The notes: a model not told the origin generated them from the letters alone. Shown: positions 8,701-18,445, counted from the first letter of the stretch. The stretch: 40,533 nucleotides of DNA from Chitinophagaceae bacterium (GCA_025362915.1 JANYEU010000153.1:1-40533), one strand, 5' to 3'. Numbers and translations: made by a program.

Positions 8701-11004
8701 ATGGATATAAGCTTAAAAACAGAACAACTCAATAAATTAGTTCCGTTTCATGTTTTGGTTGACCGTCAACTGAATGTGGCGGGCTTTGGCAGATTTATAC
8801 CCAAATTTTTCCAGCTAACTATAGGAAATCCATTTTTTAATTATTTTACAATCACAAAACCAAATACAGCAGAGACATCTTTTGAAGGGCTGCAGGAACT
8901 TATTGATGAGCTTTTAATAATTAGATATAAGCAAAACAATGAGTTGATAATAGAGGGGCAGGTGGAATTTATAGAAGATGCAAACTGCCTCATGTTTATT
9001 GTTTCTGCAAGGGTTTCTGATGACGTACTTGCGCAAGATATTGCCGAGAAAAAACTGGTACAGAATAAATTGGATGAGCAACGTACCTTTTTTGAGGACA
9101 TACTTAATAGCATCCCATCAGACATTGTGGTGTTTGATGCCGAACATAGATACCTGTTTTTGAACCCGATAGCCATAAAGAATCCTGCGTTAAGAAAATG
9201 GATGATTGGTAAGCGGGATGAAGATTACTGTGAATACATGAATAGACCTCTCTCTATTGCACAGAATAGACGTGAAAAGTTTAACCAGATAATTGCCACC
9301 AAAAAGCTAACCGCTTGGGAAGAAGAATTGATTACAAAAGATGGTGAGAAAGAATACCATATAAGGAATATGCACCCTGTATTGGATGAAATGGGAAATG
9401 TGAAATTGGTAATTGGCTACGGAATAAATATTACTGAAAGAAAATTGATAGAGCAACAACTGGAACAAAAGGAAAAAAGCTACAGGGATTTGTTCAATTA
9501 CAGCCAGGCGCTCATTTGTACCCACGATTTGCAAGGCAAGATACTTTCTGTAAATCCTGCATTGTGCACAACAATTGGCTATTCAGAGTTGGAACTTGTA
9601 AATAATTCTTTGATTGATTTTATTCCTGAAAAAGATAAACCAAAATTTCAACCAGAATATTTAGACAAAATTTTAAATGAAGAGAAATCTGGTGGTTTGT
9701 TTAGGGTGGTACATAAGGATGGTAGCATCTTGTTTCTCTTATACCAAAACTACCGGGTGGAGGAACAAGGCGTAGAGCCTTATGTAATAGGGTTTTCTCA
9801 AGATATTACAGATAGGATAAGGGCAGAAAAAGAATTGCTGATAGCAAAGAAAATGACCGAAGATTCTGCACGTGCCAAAGAGGTTTTTTTGGCGAACATG
9901 AGCCACGAAATCAGAACACCCATGCATGGGATTATTGGCATATCAGATTTACTTTCGAGAACAAAACTGGATGAGGAGCAGGAAAATTACCTGAAACTAA
10001 TTATTGATTCAGCCAATAACCTCGTTGTAATTATTAATGATATTCTTGATATAGAGAAGATTGGTTCGGGTAAGTTTGAGTTTGAAAAAGTAGATTTTAA
10101 GATTGCCAATAAGCTAAATACCACCATTAAATCGTTTCAATACAAGGCAAAAGAAAAGGGTATAGAACTTGAACTCCGTTGTCATTTTGATAAAAAACTG
10201 GTTGTAAAAGGAGACCCCTACAGGCTTGGGCAAATAATGAATAACCTTATTAGTAATGCACTCAAGTTTACCAAGAAAGGAACGATAACAATTGATAGCA
10301 GTATAGAAAAAGGCGACAAAGACGCAATATTGCTCAAATGTTCTGTTGCAGACACTGGTATAGGTATAAATGCAGATAAGCTTTCAATAATATTCGATCC
10401 ATTTGTGCAAGCCTCCTCTGATACAGCAAGAAAATATGGTGGCACAGGGCTTGGGTTATCCATCTGCAAAAGTTTGATAGAAATGCAAGGCGGTAAACTG
10501 TTTGTCGAAAGTACCGAGGGCGTTGGTACCACTTTTTCATTTGTGATACCGTATCAACATAGTGCACCAATGGTTTTGGTACATGATTCTGTGCCGGATA
10601 AAAATGATGAAGTTGTTTTTACATACAATAGGGTTTTGTTGGCCGAGGATGTAGAAGTAAATCAATTTTTGGCAAAGGTTATTCTAGAGTCTAAAGGGTT
10701 AAAGGTAGATATAGCAAATAATGGTATAGAGGCACTTGCATTTCTGGTACAGAACGATTATGACCTGATATTGATGGATGTGCAAATGCCGGAAATGGAT
10801 GGTATAACTGCCACAAAAAAAATAAGACAAATGGCTGATACCAAGAAAGCATTAATACCTATTATAGCTTTAACCGCCAATGCTCTTGTAGGAAACGAGC
10901 AGGAATATTACGATATAGGGATGGATGTTTTTGTAACAAAGCCATTTACGGCAGAGAAATTGTTTTCTGTAATAAACAAGTTACTTAGACCTCAAGGCAG
11001 TTAA
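8701..11004 (+). CDS. Cytoplasmic hybrid histidine kinase: HNOBA-like PAS + 2 PAS + HisKA + HATPase + receiver
   Basis: FLANMSHEIRTP, NLISNALKFT, DTGIGI, GGTGLGL, LLAED...LMDVQMPEMDG...KPF; N-terminal PFHVLVDRQL...EGQVEF...LMFIVS; no TM segment seen. Confidence 0.93.
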   Translation: MDISLKTEQLNKLVPFHVLVDRQLNVAGFGRFIPKFFQLTIGNPFFNYFTITKPNTAETSFEGLQELIDELLIIRYKQNNELIIEGQVEFIEDANCLMFIVSARVSDDVLAQDIAEKKLVQNKLDEQRTFFEDILNSIPSDIVVFDAEHRYLFLNPIAIKNPALRKWMIGKRDEDYCEYMNRPLSIAQNRREKFNQIIATKKLTAWEEELITKDGEKEYHIRNMHPVLDEMGNVKLVIGYGINITERKLIEQQLEQKEKSYRDLFNYSQALICTHDLQGKILSVNPALCTTIGYSELELVNNSLIDFIPEKDKPKFQPEYLDKILNEEKSGGLFRVVHKDGSILFLLYQNYRVEEQGVEPYVIGFSQDITDRIRAEKELLIAKKMTEDSARAKEVFLANMSHEIRTPMHGIIGISDLLSRTKLDEEQENYLKLIIDSANNLVVIINDILDIEKIGSGKFEFEKVDFKIANKLNTTIKSFQYKAKEKGIELELRCHFDKKLVVKGDPYRLGQIMNNLISNALKFTKKGTITIDSSIEKGDKDAILLKCSVADTGIGINADKLSIIFDPFVQASSDTARKYGGTGLGLSICKSLIEMQGGKLFVESTEGVGTTFSFVIPYQHSAPMVLVHDSVPDKNDEVVFTYNRVLLAEDVEVNQFLAKVILESKGLKVDIANNGIEALAFLVQNDYDLILMDVQMPEMDGITATKKIRQMADTKKALIPIIALTANALVGNEQEYYDIGMDVFVTKPFTAEKLFSVINKLLRPQGS

Positions 11005-11046
11005 GGTAATTTTATACAGGGTATTTAATCTTTAAAAAACAACAAT

Positions 11047-11391
11047 ATGCTATACAATTTATCTGTACTCGAATTGATGGGTAGCGCAGACGATGCGTTT
11101 GTAACCAAACTGATTGCCATATTTACAGAATCTACAATATCAGAACTTTCCGCCCTAAATGAGGCTTGCCAAAGCAAGGATTTAATGAAGATTTCTGCTA
11201 TAGCGCACAGTATGAAATCTAACATTGAAATATTTAGTGTTGATTCAATAAAACATACAATAAGAACTTTGGAAGACAAAGAAAAATTGCCCACCTTATC
11301 GGATGATATACTTTTAGGCCATGTGCAAGAAGTAAATACGGTGATAAAAAATGTGATAGCTGAAATGCACAGGGACTATCCAGCGGAATAA
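11047..11391 (+). CDS. Hpt phosphotransfer protein
   Basis: AIAHSMKSN motif, helical, directly after the hybrid kinase. Confidence 0.88.
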   Translation: MLYNLSVLELMGSADDAFVTKLIAIFTESTISELSALNEACQSKDLMKISAIAHSMKSNIEIFSVDSIKHTIRTLEDKEKLPTLSDDILLGHVQEVNTVIKNVIAEMHRDYPAE

Positions 11392-11395
11392 CCTT

Positions 11396-11434
11396 GATGC
11401 AGGTTTCCAGTTACAAGTTAGCGCAACCTGCATC
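11396..11434. terminator. Hairpin between convergent Hpt and ruvB, made of heptamer-like units
   Basis: GATGCAGGTT...AACCTGCATC 10-bp stem. Confidence 0.55.
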
Positions 11435-11440
11435 CTGAAA

Positions 11441-12469
11441 TTAAGTAAACAGATTTGGATGCTTGCCAACAAAAGGTTTCAATCCCATGTGCGAATAAGC
11501 TTTCTCAGTTGCTTCCCTTCCGCGGGGGGTACGTTGCAAAAACCCTTCTTTTATCAGGAATGGTTCATAAACTTCTTCAATTGTTCCAGGTTCTTCGCCC
11601 ACCGCTGTGGCAATGGTTGTCAATCCAACAGGCCCCCCCTTAAACTTCTCTATGATGGCGGTTAGTATCCTGTTATCCATTTCATCAAGCCCATGTTCAT
11701 CCACATTCAATGCCTTTAGGGCGTGTTGCGTAATGCCTAGGTCAATTTTTCCATCATTTAATACCTGCGCAAAGTCGCGTACCCTGCGCAATAATCCATT
11801 AGCAATACGTGGTGTACCCCTGCTTCTTCGGGCTATTTCGTGAGCCGCATCGCTTTCAATGGTTGTGTTTAATATCTGTGCGCTACGCTGTATTATCTTT
11901 TTCAAGGTAGCAGCATCGTAGTATTCCAATCTTGATTTGATGCCAAATCTGGATAATAATGGTGCAGTCAATAAGCCGCTTCTTGTAGTGGCACCTACCA
12001 ATGTAAAAGGATTAAGGTTTATCTGAATACTACGGGCATTAGGGCCGGTATCAATCATTATATCAATCCTGAAATCTTCCATGGCGGCATAGAGATATTC
12101 TTCCACAACAGTACTTAATCGGTGAATCTCATCTATAAATAATACATCATTGGGTTGCAGATTGGTCAATAAACCAGCGAGGTCACCCGGCTTTTCTATT
12201 ACGGGGCCACTTGTTTCTTTAATGTTTACGCCCAGTTCGTTTGCTACAATCCTGCTCAGTGTCGTTTTTCCTAGTCCTGGAGGGCCATGAAATAGTACAT
12301 GATCCAATGCCTCGCCACGTATCTTGGCAGCCTTAATAAATATCAGTAGGTTTTCTATTAGTTGGGGTTGCCCACTAAATTCATCAATGATGGATGGGCG
12401 TATCGTATTTTCAAATTCCTTATCGGCACTTGTTACTGTATCGGGCTTGTGTAAATTTTCGTTTGCCAT
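11441..12469 (-). CDS. ruvB: Holliday junction helicase RuvB
   Basis: [35 protein letters not shown]; ATG at 12469. Confidence 0.98.
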   Translation of the reverse strand: MANENLHKPDTVTSADKEFENTIRPSIIDEFSGQPQLIENLLIFIKAAKIRGEALDHVLFHGPPGLGKTTLSRIVANELGVNIKETSGPVIEKPGDLAGLLTNLQPNDVLFIDEIHRLSTVVEEYLYAAMEDFRIDIMIDTGPNARSIQINLNPFTLVGATTRSGLLTAPLLSRFGIKSRLEYYDAATLKKIIQRSAQILNTTIESDAAHEIARRSRGTPRIANGLLRRVRDFAQVLNDGKIDLGITQHALKALNVDEHGLDEMDNRILTAIIEKFKGGPVGLTTIATAVGEEPGTIEEVYEPFLIKEGFLQRTPRGREATEKAYSHMGLKPFVGKHPNLFT

Positions 12470-12528
12470 TGCCTCCAAAAATAGATAATAATATGTTGCG
12501 TAATGGATTAGTTCTTATTCTATTCTTT

Positions 12529-12990
12529 TTATTCCCTTGTCCAAAATTTACTACTACTTCCAATAATAAATGGGAATCCACCAAAAGCCAAACTGTCGTT
12601 ACCAGTGATAGTGTAACAGATGACATCATGAAATGTAATACCAGGCATTAATCCATTCATTTTTACACTGTCATATCCTTCCTTACTCCCAAAATAGTCT
12701 GTAGCTATTCCATGCCCCAAAGAAAAAGTACCTGTATCAATCTTAATCCCATCTTTAATATCAGAAAAAGTATGGTTAGGATAAAAATTAATAACCTCAG
12801 TGATACCACTTTTTTGGTGAGTTAGTGGATTTGAATCCGATGGTGTTCCATCATTGTATGTATCTATCCAATTCCAAGAGCCTATTATTCGTTTATCAGA
12901 TAAGTCGGTATCATTTTTTTTACAATTCTCAAAACAAAGAAATCCTAATAGGACTATTAAGTATTTAGCAAGTTTGTTTGAATGTGTCAT
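12529..12990 (-). CDS. Hypothetical lipoprotein (lipocalin-like)
   Basis: Hydrophobic signal ending FENC-KK; IIGSWNW motif; ATG 12990 preferred. Confidence 0.7.
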   Translation of the reverse strand: MTHSNKLAKYLIVLLGFLCFENCKKNDTDLSDKRIIGSWNWIDTYNDGTPSDSNPLTHQKSGITEVINFYPNHTFSDIKDGIKIDTGTFSLGHGIATDYFGSKEGYDSVKMNGLMPGITFHDVICYTITGNDSLAFGGFPFIIGSSSKFWTRE

Positions 12991-13193
12991 GGTAAAATGT
13001 TTGTTTTTTAATGACTTGGTAAGCTGTGTCAATTTTTAATCGATTATGTAAATATAGTGGAAATCAATTGTGTATATTTGGCTCTTTTTGAAATGATTTT
13101 TTGTTGAATTTCTACAAAATATCCCATAAGCCTCACTTTATTTATTTATCAGAAGGAAAAAATGGATATTTGCCCCAAAGGAAAACAATAAAT

Positions 13194-14000
13194 ATGCGCA
13201 AACACATTCAAGGATTCACAAAACAACTATCTATCCCAACAAAAACCAACTTACCCAATGTAGGAAAACTCCTCTCTATAATGTGTTTCATTTCTGCACT
13301 GCTTTTTGCCTGTGGGAAAGACACTAGTTCAGATTCAGGAGCGCCACCGCCTCCTGTGGTAATAGCCGCAATAGGTACCCTCAAGACAGATTCAGCAACC
13401 AATAATTGTTTGCCTAGCAACGTGAGTGGCATCTATCTGGTTGGAACTAAGCTAAATGGGTTGAATTATTTGGCAATAACAGTCAATGTAAAGACCAAAG
13501 GCACTTATGCTATCAATACCCCTTCTATTAATGGATATTATTTTAGCGGAACTGGCACACTTAAGGATAGTGGACTGAATACTATCCAATTATATGGTAT
13601 GGGTACGCCTGCCGCTGCTGGCGTAAATACATTTGCCGTTAGTTTTGGCGGTACTACCTGCACTATCAGTGTTACGGTTGCCCCTGTTATCATCCCTACT
13701 TCTTTTAGTTTTGATTGTTCAGGTACAAAGGTAAATGGTAATTATTTTGCCGATTCTGTCGTAAATAGCACCAATTATATCACCCTTCCTGTTACGGTTA
13801 CCAATGTTGGGTCGTATTATATTGCTACCGACTCTATAAATGGTATTATTTTCCAGGCATCGGGTATTTTTAATGCAAAAGGAAGCCAAACCATTACACT
13901 TCCTGCTTCCGGTAAACCTAAATTTACTGGTTCATATAATTACACCATTGCAAAAGATTCTGCCACCTGTTTTAAAACAATTACTTTCTCCCACAAGTAA
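13194..14000 (+). CDS. Surface lipoprotein with two tandem Ig-like beta-sandwich repeats
   Basis: Lipobox LLFAC, PPPP linker, repeated GxY...NYxxxxVxV...GxYxIxT...NGxxF...GxP unit; start uncertain. Confidence 0.8.
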   Translation: MRKHIQGFTKQLSIPTKTNLPNVGKLLSIMCFISALLFACGKDTSSDSGAPPPPVVIAAIGTLKTDSATNNCLPSNVSGIYLVGTKLNGLNYLAITVNVKTKGTYAINTPSINGYYFSGTGTLKDSGLNTIQLYGMGTPAAAGVNTFAVSFGGTTCTISVTVAPVIIPTSFSFDCSGTKVNGNYFADSVVNSTNYITLPVTVTNVGSYYIATDSINGIIFQASGIFNAKGSQTITLPASGKPKFTGSYNYTIAKDSATCFKTITFSHK

Positions 14001-14165
14001 AAAAATAATAGGTAACCACCAGGTATATTTTACCACAAAGAACACTAGGAAAAACAACACGGGGTACACAAACATTTTTTTGTGATGGGTGATTTATCCC
14101 TAGGATAAATTGGCTTTACGAAAACCAAAGGATTGCAACTCTTTAGAATTAGTGGGTTTCTTTTG

Positions 14166-14185
14166 CCCCTTCAAGGGGATGGGGT
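14166..14185 (+). repeat. C-run/G-run hairpin with G tail (copy 1 of 3)
   Basis: CCCCT-TCA-AGGGG-ATGGGG; similar at 33797 and 36916. Confidence 0.55.
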
Positions 14186-14232
14186 TCATTACTTTCATTC
14201 CCATCATTCAATCATAATTATACATTTGGGGC

Positions 14233-15819
14233 ATGAAAAAACAATTGCTTTTATTCTTGAGTTTATTGTCGGGGGTATTATTGTATGGTGCATGGCCGGT
14301 GTCGCCCTTTTGTTTTCTCATCTTTATTGCTTTTGTGCCGCTGCTGATAGTGGCGGACAACACTAAAAAACGTCTCGTATTTTTCGTATATTCCTTCCTT
14401 ACGCTTCTCATTTTCAACGCAGCCACCACCTGGTGGATATGGAACAGTACTGATGTGGGCAGTATTGCCGCCATTATTGCCAATAGTCTGTTGATGTGCC
14501 TGCCTTGGTGGGGCTACCACGTGATGCTGCAAAAACATGGCAAGCCCATTGGCTATCTATCGCTTATCTGTTATTGGATGTTGTTTGAGTATATCCACCT
14601 CAACTGGCAACTGAGTTGGCCTTGGCTTTCATTGGGCAATGTGTTTGCCATGAATCCAAACTGGGTGCAGTGGTACGAATATACGGGCATCGGCGGCGGT
14701 ACATTGTGGATTCTCTCTACAAACATCATCATCAAGATATTATTTAACAAGCTGGTTAATAACCGCAAGGCAGTACTTGGTTTGGCAACCATCATCGCGG
14801 CAATCATCATCATTCCATTGGTTTTTTCCTTTCTTTTATTGAAGGGAAGAAAAGAAATACTTCCTTCCAAGAGCGACGTGGTAATTGTGGATGCAAACAT
14901 GGATGCCTACGAAAAGTTTGAACTTTCTACTGCTACCAGCGAGATACAGAAGCTTATTTCCTTGAGCGAAGGCAGTATGGATAGTACTACGCAGTTAATT
15001 TTATGGCCGGAGACTGCCCTAAGCCTCCCTACCTGGCAAGACCAGATAAACACCAATATTTACTATCAGCCGGTGTTTGCTTTTCTGCAACGCCATCCCA
15101 ACGTCACAATTTTATCAGGCATAGAAACTTTTAAGCATTACGGCAATTATCAGGCAACATCTACGTCGCGAAAAGAGGATGATGGAAGCTATTTTGATGC
15201 TTTTAATACCGCACTTTGCATAAAGGCTAACCAACCATTGCAATTGTATAACAAAAGCCGATTGGTGCCCGGTGTGGAGAGTATGCCCCCATTTTTAAAC
15301 TTTCTATCACCCATTTTCGAGAAGTTTGGCGGCACTACGGGCGGTTATGGTCGTAGCGATAGCAGTAAGGTTTTCTTTATGGCAGACAATCCGTATCATC
15401 CGGCTCCCGTGATATGTTATGAGAGTATTTACGGCGAATATGTGTCTACTTATGTAGCGAGGGGCGCCAATATCATTACGATAATTACAAACGATGGCTG
15501 GTGGGGCAATACGCCCGGCCATAAGCAACATTTGCAATATGCAAGGCTTCGGGCAATTGAAACAAGGCGATGGGTGGCTCGTAGTGCCAATGGCGGCATT
15601 AGTGCGGTGATAGATGATTACGGAAACATCAGGGCATCGCAACCTTTCGATAAAGCCTCGGCAACCAAGTATCCGATACCCATAAATAACACCCTCACTT
15701 TCTATGTCCGCCATGGCGATTACCTATATAAGATAGCTGGTTTTGTAGCGTTGTTATTACTGGTTTGGCACGGATTTTTTTTGGCAAAAAGTAAGTTCGG
15801 GAAGAAAATTACCACATAG
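14233..15819 (+). CDS. lnt: Apolipoprotein N-acyltransferase
   Basis: Multi-TM N-terminus; WPETA, YNKSRLVPGVE, ICYES triad motifs; TNDGWW, RAIETRR. Confidence 0.96.
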   Translation: MKKQLLLFLSLLSGVLLYGAWPVSPFCFLIFIAFVPLLIVADNTKKRLVFFVYSFLTLLIFNAATTWWIWNSTDVGSIAAIIANSLLMCLPWWGYHVMLQKHGKPIGYLSLICYWMLFEYIHLNWQLSWPWLSLGNVFAMNPNWVQWYEYTGIGGGTLWILSTNIIIKILFNKLVNNRKAVLGLATIIAAIIIIPLVFSFLLLKGRKEILPSKSDVVIVDANMDAYEKFELSTATSEIQKLISLSEGSMDSTTQLILWPETALSLPTWQDQINTNIYYQPVFAFLQRHPNVTILSGIETFKHYGNYQATSTSRKEDDGSYFDAFNTALCIKANQPLQLYNKSRLVPGVESMPPFLNFLSPIFEKFGGTTGGYGRSDSSKVFFMADNPYHPAPVICYESIYGEYVSTYVARGANIITIITNDGWWGNTPGHKQHLQYARLRAIETRRWVARSANGGISAVIDDYGNIRASQPFDKASATKYPIPINNTLTFYVRHGDYLYKIAGFVALLLLVWHGFFLAKSKFGKKITT

Positions 15820-15964
15820 GCACATAGACACATAGGTAATTATATAACTTTAATTATCCTGACAATAATTTTCTTATAAATGGAATAGTCTATGTGTTCT
15901 TTGAGTGAAACGATTCTTCCTAATCCTTCTTTTTTTATCCTTTGTGTCTATGTGCCTATGTGGT
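15811..15964. repeat. MITE-like element with 26-bp inverted arms made of CACATAG-containing 8-bp units
   Basis: 15811-15836 versus reverse complement of 15939-15964: 25/26. Confidence 0.9.
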
Positions 15965-15996
15965 GAAGTTATTTTTCCAATCATTAAATCATCATC

Positions 15997-16836
15997 ATGT
16001 TAGAAGGGAGTTTTATTTTCAAATCGTTCAATATATTCTATCGCACGTCGGGTAGCGGTGTGCCTTTGGTTCTGTTGCATGGCTTTGGCGAGGATGGAAC
16101 GGTGTGGCACAATCAGGTAGAAGCTTTACAGTCTGATGCCTTTATAATTACACCAGACTTTCCTGGTTCGGGGAAATCTGTCCTTAACCCGGAAGATTTT
16201 ACGGAAGAAAATACCCAGTTATTGGATTCCATCGAGCTGTATGCCGATGCCATTGAGGCGTTGTTGCATCACCTCAATATTACCCATTGCACCATGCTTG
16301 GGCATAGCATGGGCGGATATGTTGCCCTTGCCTTTGCCCAAAAATACCCTCATCTATTAAAAGCATTCGGTCTTATTCATTCCACATCCTTCGCCGATAC
16401 CGATGAGAAAAAAGAGAACCGGCGGAGAGGCATTGCACTGATGGAAGCGCATGGTGGTTATAGTTTTTTGAAGAATACCATCCCTAACCTGTTCACGGCA
16501 ACATTTAAAAAGGACTTTCCAATAGAAGTGGATGGACTGATAGAAAAGGCCAAGGGCTTCCAGACAAAATCGTTACAATCGTATTACCGAGCCATGATTA
16601 ATAGACCAGATAGAACTAATATATTGAAGGAAGCCACAGTGCCGGTACTTATCATAGCCGGAGACCAAGATAGTATAATACCGCTAAACGATTCCTTATT
16701 ACAGTCTCACCAACCCAATATCTGCCAGATAAATGTATTAAAAAACACTGCGCACATGGGCATGTGGGAAGCTGCCGACCAAATGAATGAATGTATAGCT
16801 GCTTTTTTGGAATTGGTAGATGAGGTTGGTGAATAA
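15997..16836 (+). CDS. Alpha/beta hydrolase
   Basis: LLHGF, DFPGSGKS, GHSMGG, GDQD, AHMG. Confidence 0.95.
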   Translation: MLEGSFIFKSFNIFYRTSGSGVPLVLLHGFGEDGTVWHNQVEALQSDAFIITPDFPGSGKSVLNPEDFTEENTQLLDSIELYADAIEALLHHLNITHCTMLGHSMGGYVALAFAQKYPHLLKAFGLIHSTSFADTDEKKENRRRGIALMEAHGGYSFLKNTIPNLFTATFKKDFPIEVDGLIEKAKGFQTKSLQSYYRAMINRPDRTNILKEATVPVLIIAGDQDSIIPLNDSLLQSHQPNICQINVLKNTAHMGMWEAADQMNECIAAFLELVDEVGE

Positions 16837-16867
16837 TAATCCTGTGAGGAGTTCTTTGCTTTCGGCG

Positions 16868-16954
16868 TGTCATCCCGACGATAGGAGGGAACTAACTTTA
16901 CTATAAAACATCTTGCCTATGTTCGGTTAGTTCCCTCCTATCGTCGGGATGACA
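16868..16954. repeat. Perfect 29-bp inverted repeat (TGTCATCCCGAC family)
   Basis: TGTCATCCCGACGATAGGAGGGAACTAAC-N29-exact reverse complement. Confidence 0.95.
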
Positions 16955-17229
16955 TGTGAGGACGCTATTTTTTCCTTAACAACGTTTATTATCCACAATC
17001 CCCCCCCTCTCCAAATATTTATTTTCCTCCCAGCACAATATAAGAAACCGTCCTGCGTTTTAATAGTAGGGATTTCCCTGAAACACCAAATAAATCAAAA
17101 GGGATTTAATGGCTCGCGTCAAAAACGATTATTAAATGAGGAGGATGGCACCCCCGCTTCACCACGATAATCACCAACAACAATATGAAAAACAATCGCA
17201 CTTCTTCACCTGTAATCTTATTGCCGAAG

Positions 17230-17370
17230 GCTTAAAAAAAGTTTTTTACCCTTGGAATTTCAGCAGCATAGCTTAAAAACTATTTTTTATGCCCGGAATT
17301 TCAGCAGCATAGCATAAAAACATTTTTTTACGCATGGAATTTCAACGGCATAGCAAAAAAACTTTTTTTC
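17230..17370. repeat. 41-bp tandem repeat, about 3.4 copies
   Basis: Units start at 17230, 17271, 17312, 17353; core GGAATTTCAGCAGCATAGC at 17254, 17295, 17336 (last 17/19). Confidence 0.93.
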
Positions 17371-17465
17371 AGGGAAGGGGCTTCATTGCATCACACAAAT
17401 CAAACATTTACAAGCCTAATCTTCAAAAAATTGTCTTTTATTGTTATCATTATTAAATAAAAAAA

Positions 17466-18440
17466 ATGAAAAATACATTGTTTATGGAATTCTTTTCCAA
17501 TCAGTTTAATGTAAAGCGTATCATCGATTCACGCTTGCAAACCTTTGCCCGCTTTGTTATTGCCGCATTGACATTGAGCAATCCCCTAGGCATTTTTGAC
17601 GACGCAATCCTCGCACTCACCAATGCGTACAGCACCTATTTTGGAGATTACAATGCAAAGTCTATCGACAAATCTGACGCTTCTGGCTACACTGTTGGCC
17701 AAAAGGAAGCCATTCAGGCATTCATAGACGGTGTTCATGCAGATTATAATTTAATCGCTTCTAAATTTTCGAAGGGTTCTCTGATTTACAAGCAGTTTTT
17801 CCCGAAAGGACTAACCGAGTTTAACAATGTTACACTAGGGAATATCTTGCAACTGGCACACCGAATGGCGGTGAAGGCAAACCAGTACAAAACCCAACTT
17901 GGCGGCGCACCTTTTGCAGCAAGATATGCCACCTTCGAAACAGATATTACTAACACAATGGGAACTCAAACAACCAGCAATACGACTGTGAAAACATCTA
18001 TAGGCACGGTGAAAACCAGCCGGTTACCTGTGGAAAATGCGCTGATGACGGCGATGTTTTCGGTAGGGAAACAATTTTTTCCAGATGTAACCAAGTGTCT
18101 TACTTATTTTGACTTTAGCCTATTGTATGGCGATGGTACCAACCCAATAGTGGAGAAATCAGGTTTGGTATTGGCGCATACCACGCTTTTGTGCATTGGC
18201 GATTTGATTGTGCCGAAAAGTATTTTTACCCTGAAGAATAAATCAGATTTGCCGCAACAATATTTTGGCGCACACGTGCTTAATGGAGTAATGGTTGGAA
18301 TTTTGATTGATGTGCCCGCACATACGGAAAAAGAAGTTGCTTATGCCGGGTTTGGATCGGCAGATATGCTTTTTTTGTACATAAAAAATGATACTGACTT
18401 TGCAGGCAAATGGGAAGTGAGTATGGTGATGGGAAAGTAA
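17466..18440 (+). CDS. Hypothetical protein: helical N-terminal region plus beta-rich C-terminal domain
   Basis: 324-aa ORF, no signal peptide; IYKQFFPKGLTEF and YFDFSLL stand out as likely conserved blocks. Confidence 0.85.
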   Translation: MKNTLFMEFFSNQFNVKRIIDSRLQTFARFVIAALTLSNPLGIFDDAILALTNAYSTYFGDYNAKSIDKSDASGYTVGQKEAIQAFIDGVHADYNLIASKFSKGSLIYKQFFPKGLTEFNNVTLGNILQLAHRMAVKANQYKTQLGGAPFAARYATFETDITNTMGTQTTSNTTVKTSIGTVKTSRLPVENALMTAMFSVGKQFFPDVTKCLTYFDFSLLYGDGTNPIVEKSGLVLAHTTLLCIGDLIVPKSIFTLKNKSDLPQQYFGAHVLNGVMVGILIDVPAHTEKEVAYAGFGSADMLFLYIKNDTDFAGKWEVSMVMGK

Positions 18441-18445
18441 GGAAA

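Noticed and set aside
17230-17370. Mini CRISPR array
   Set aside because: Segments between the 19-nt cores are similar to one another (A-run/T-run), not unique spacers; period only 41 bp; no cas genes in the window
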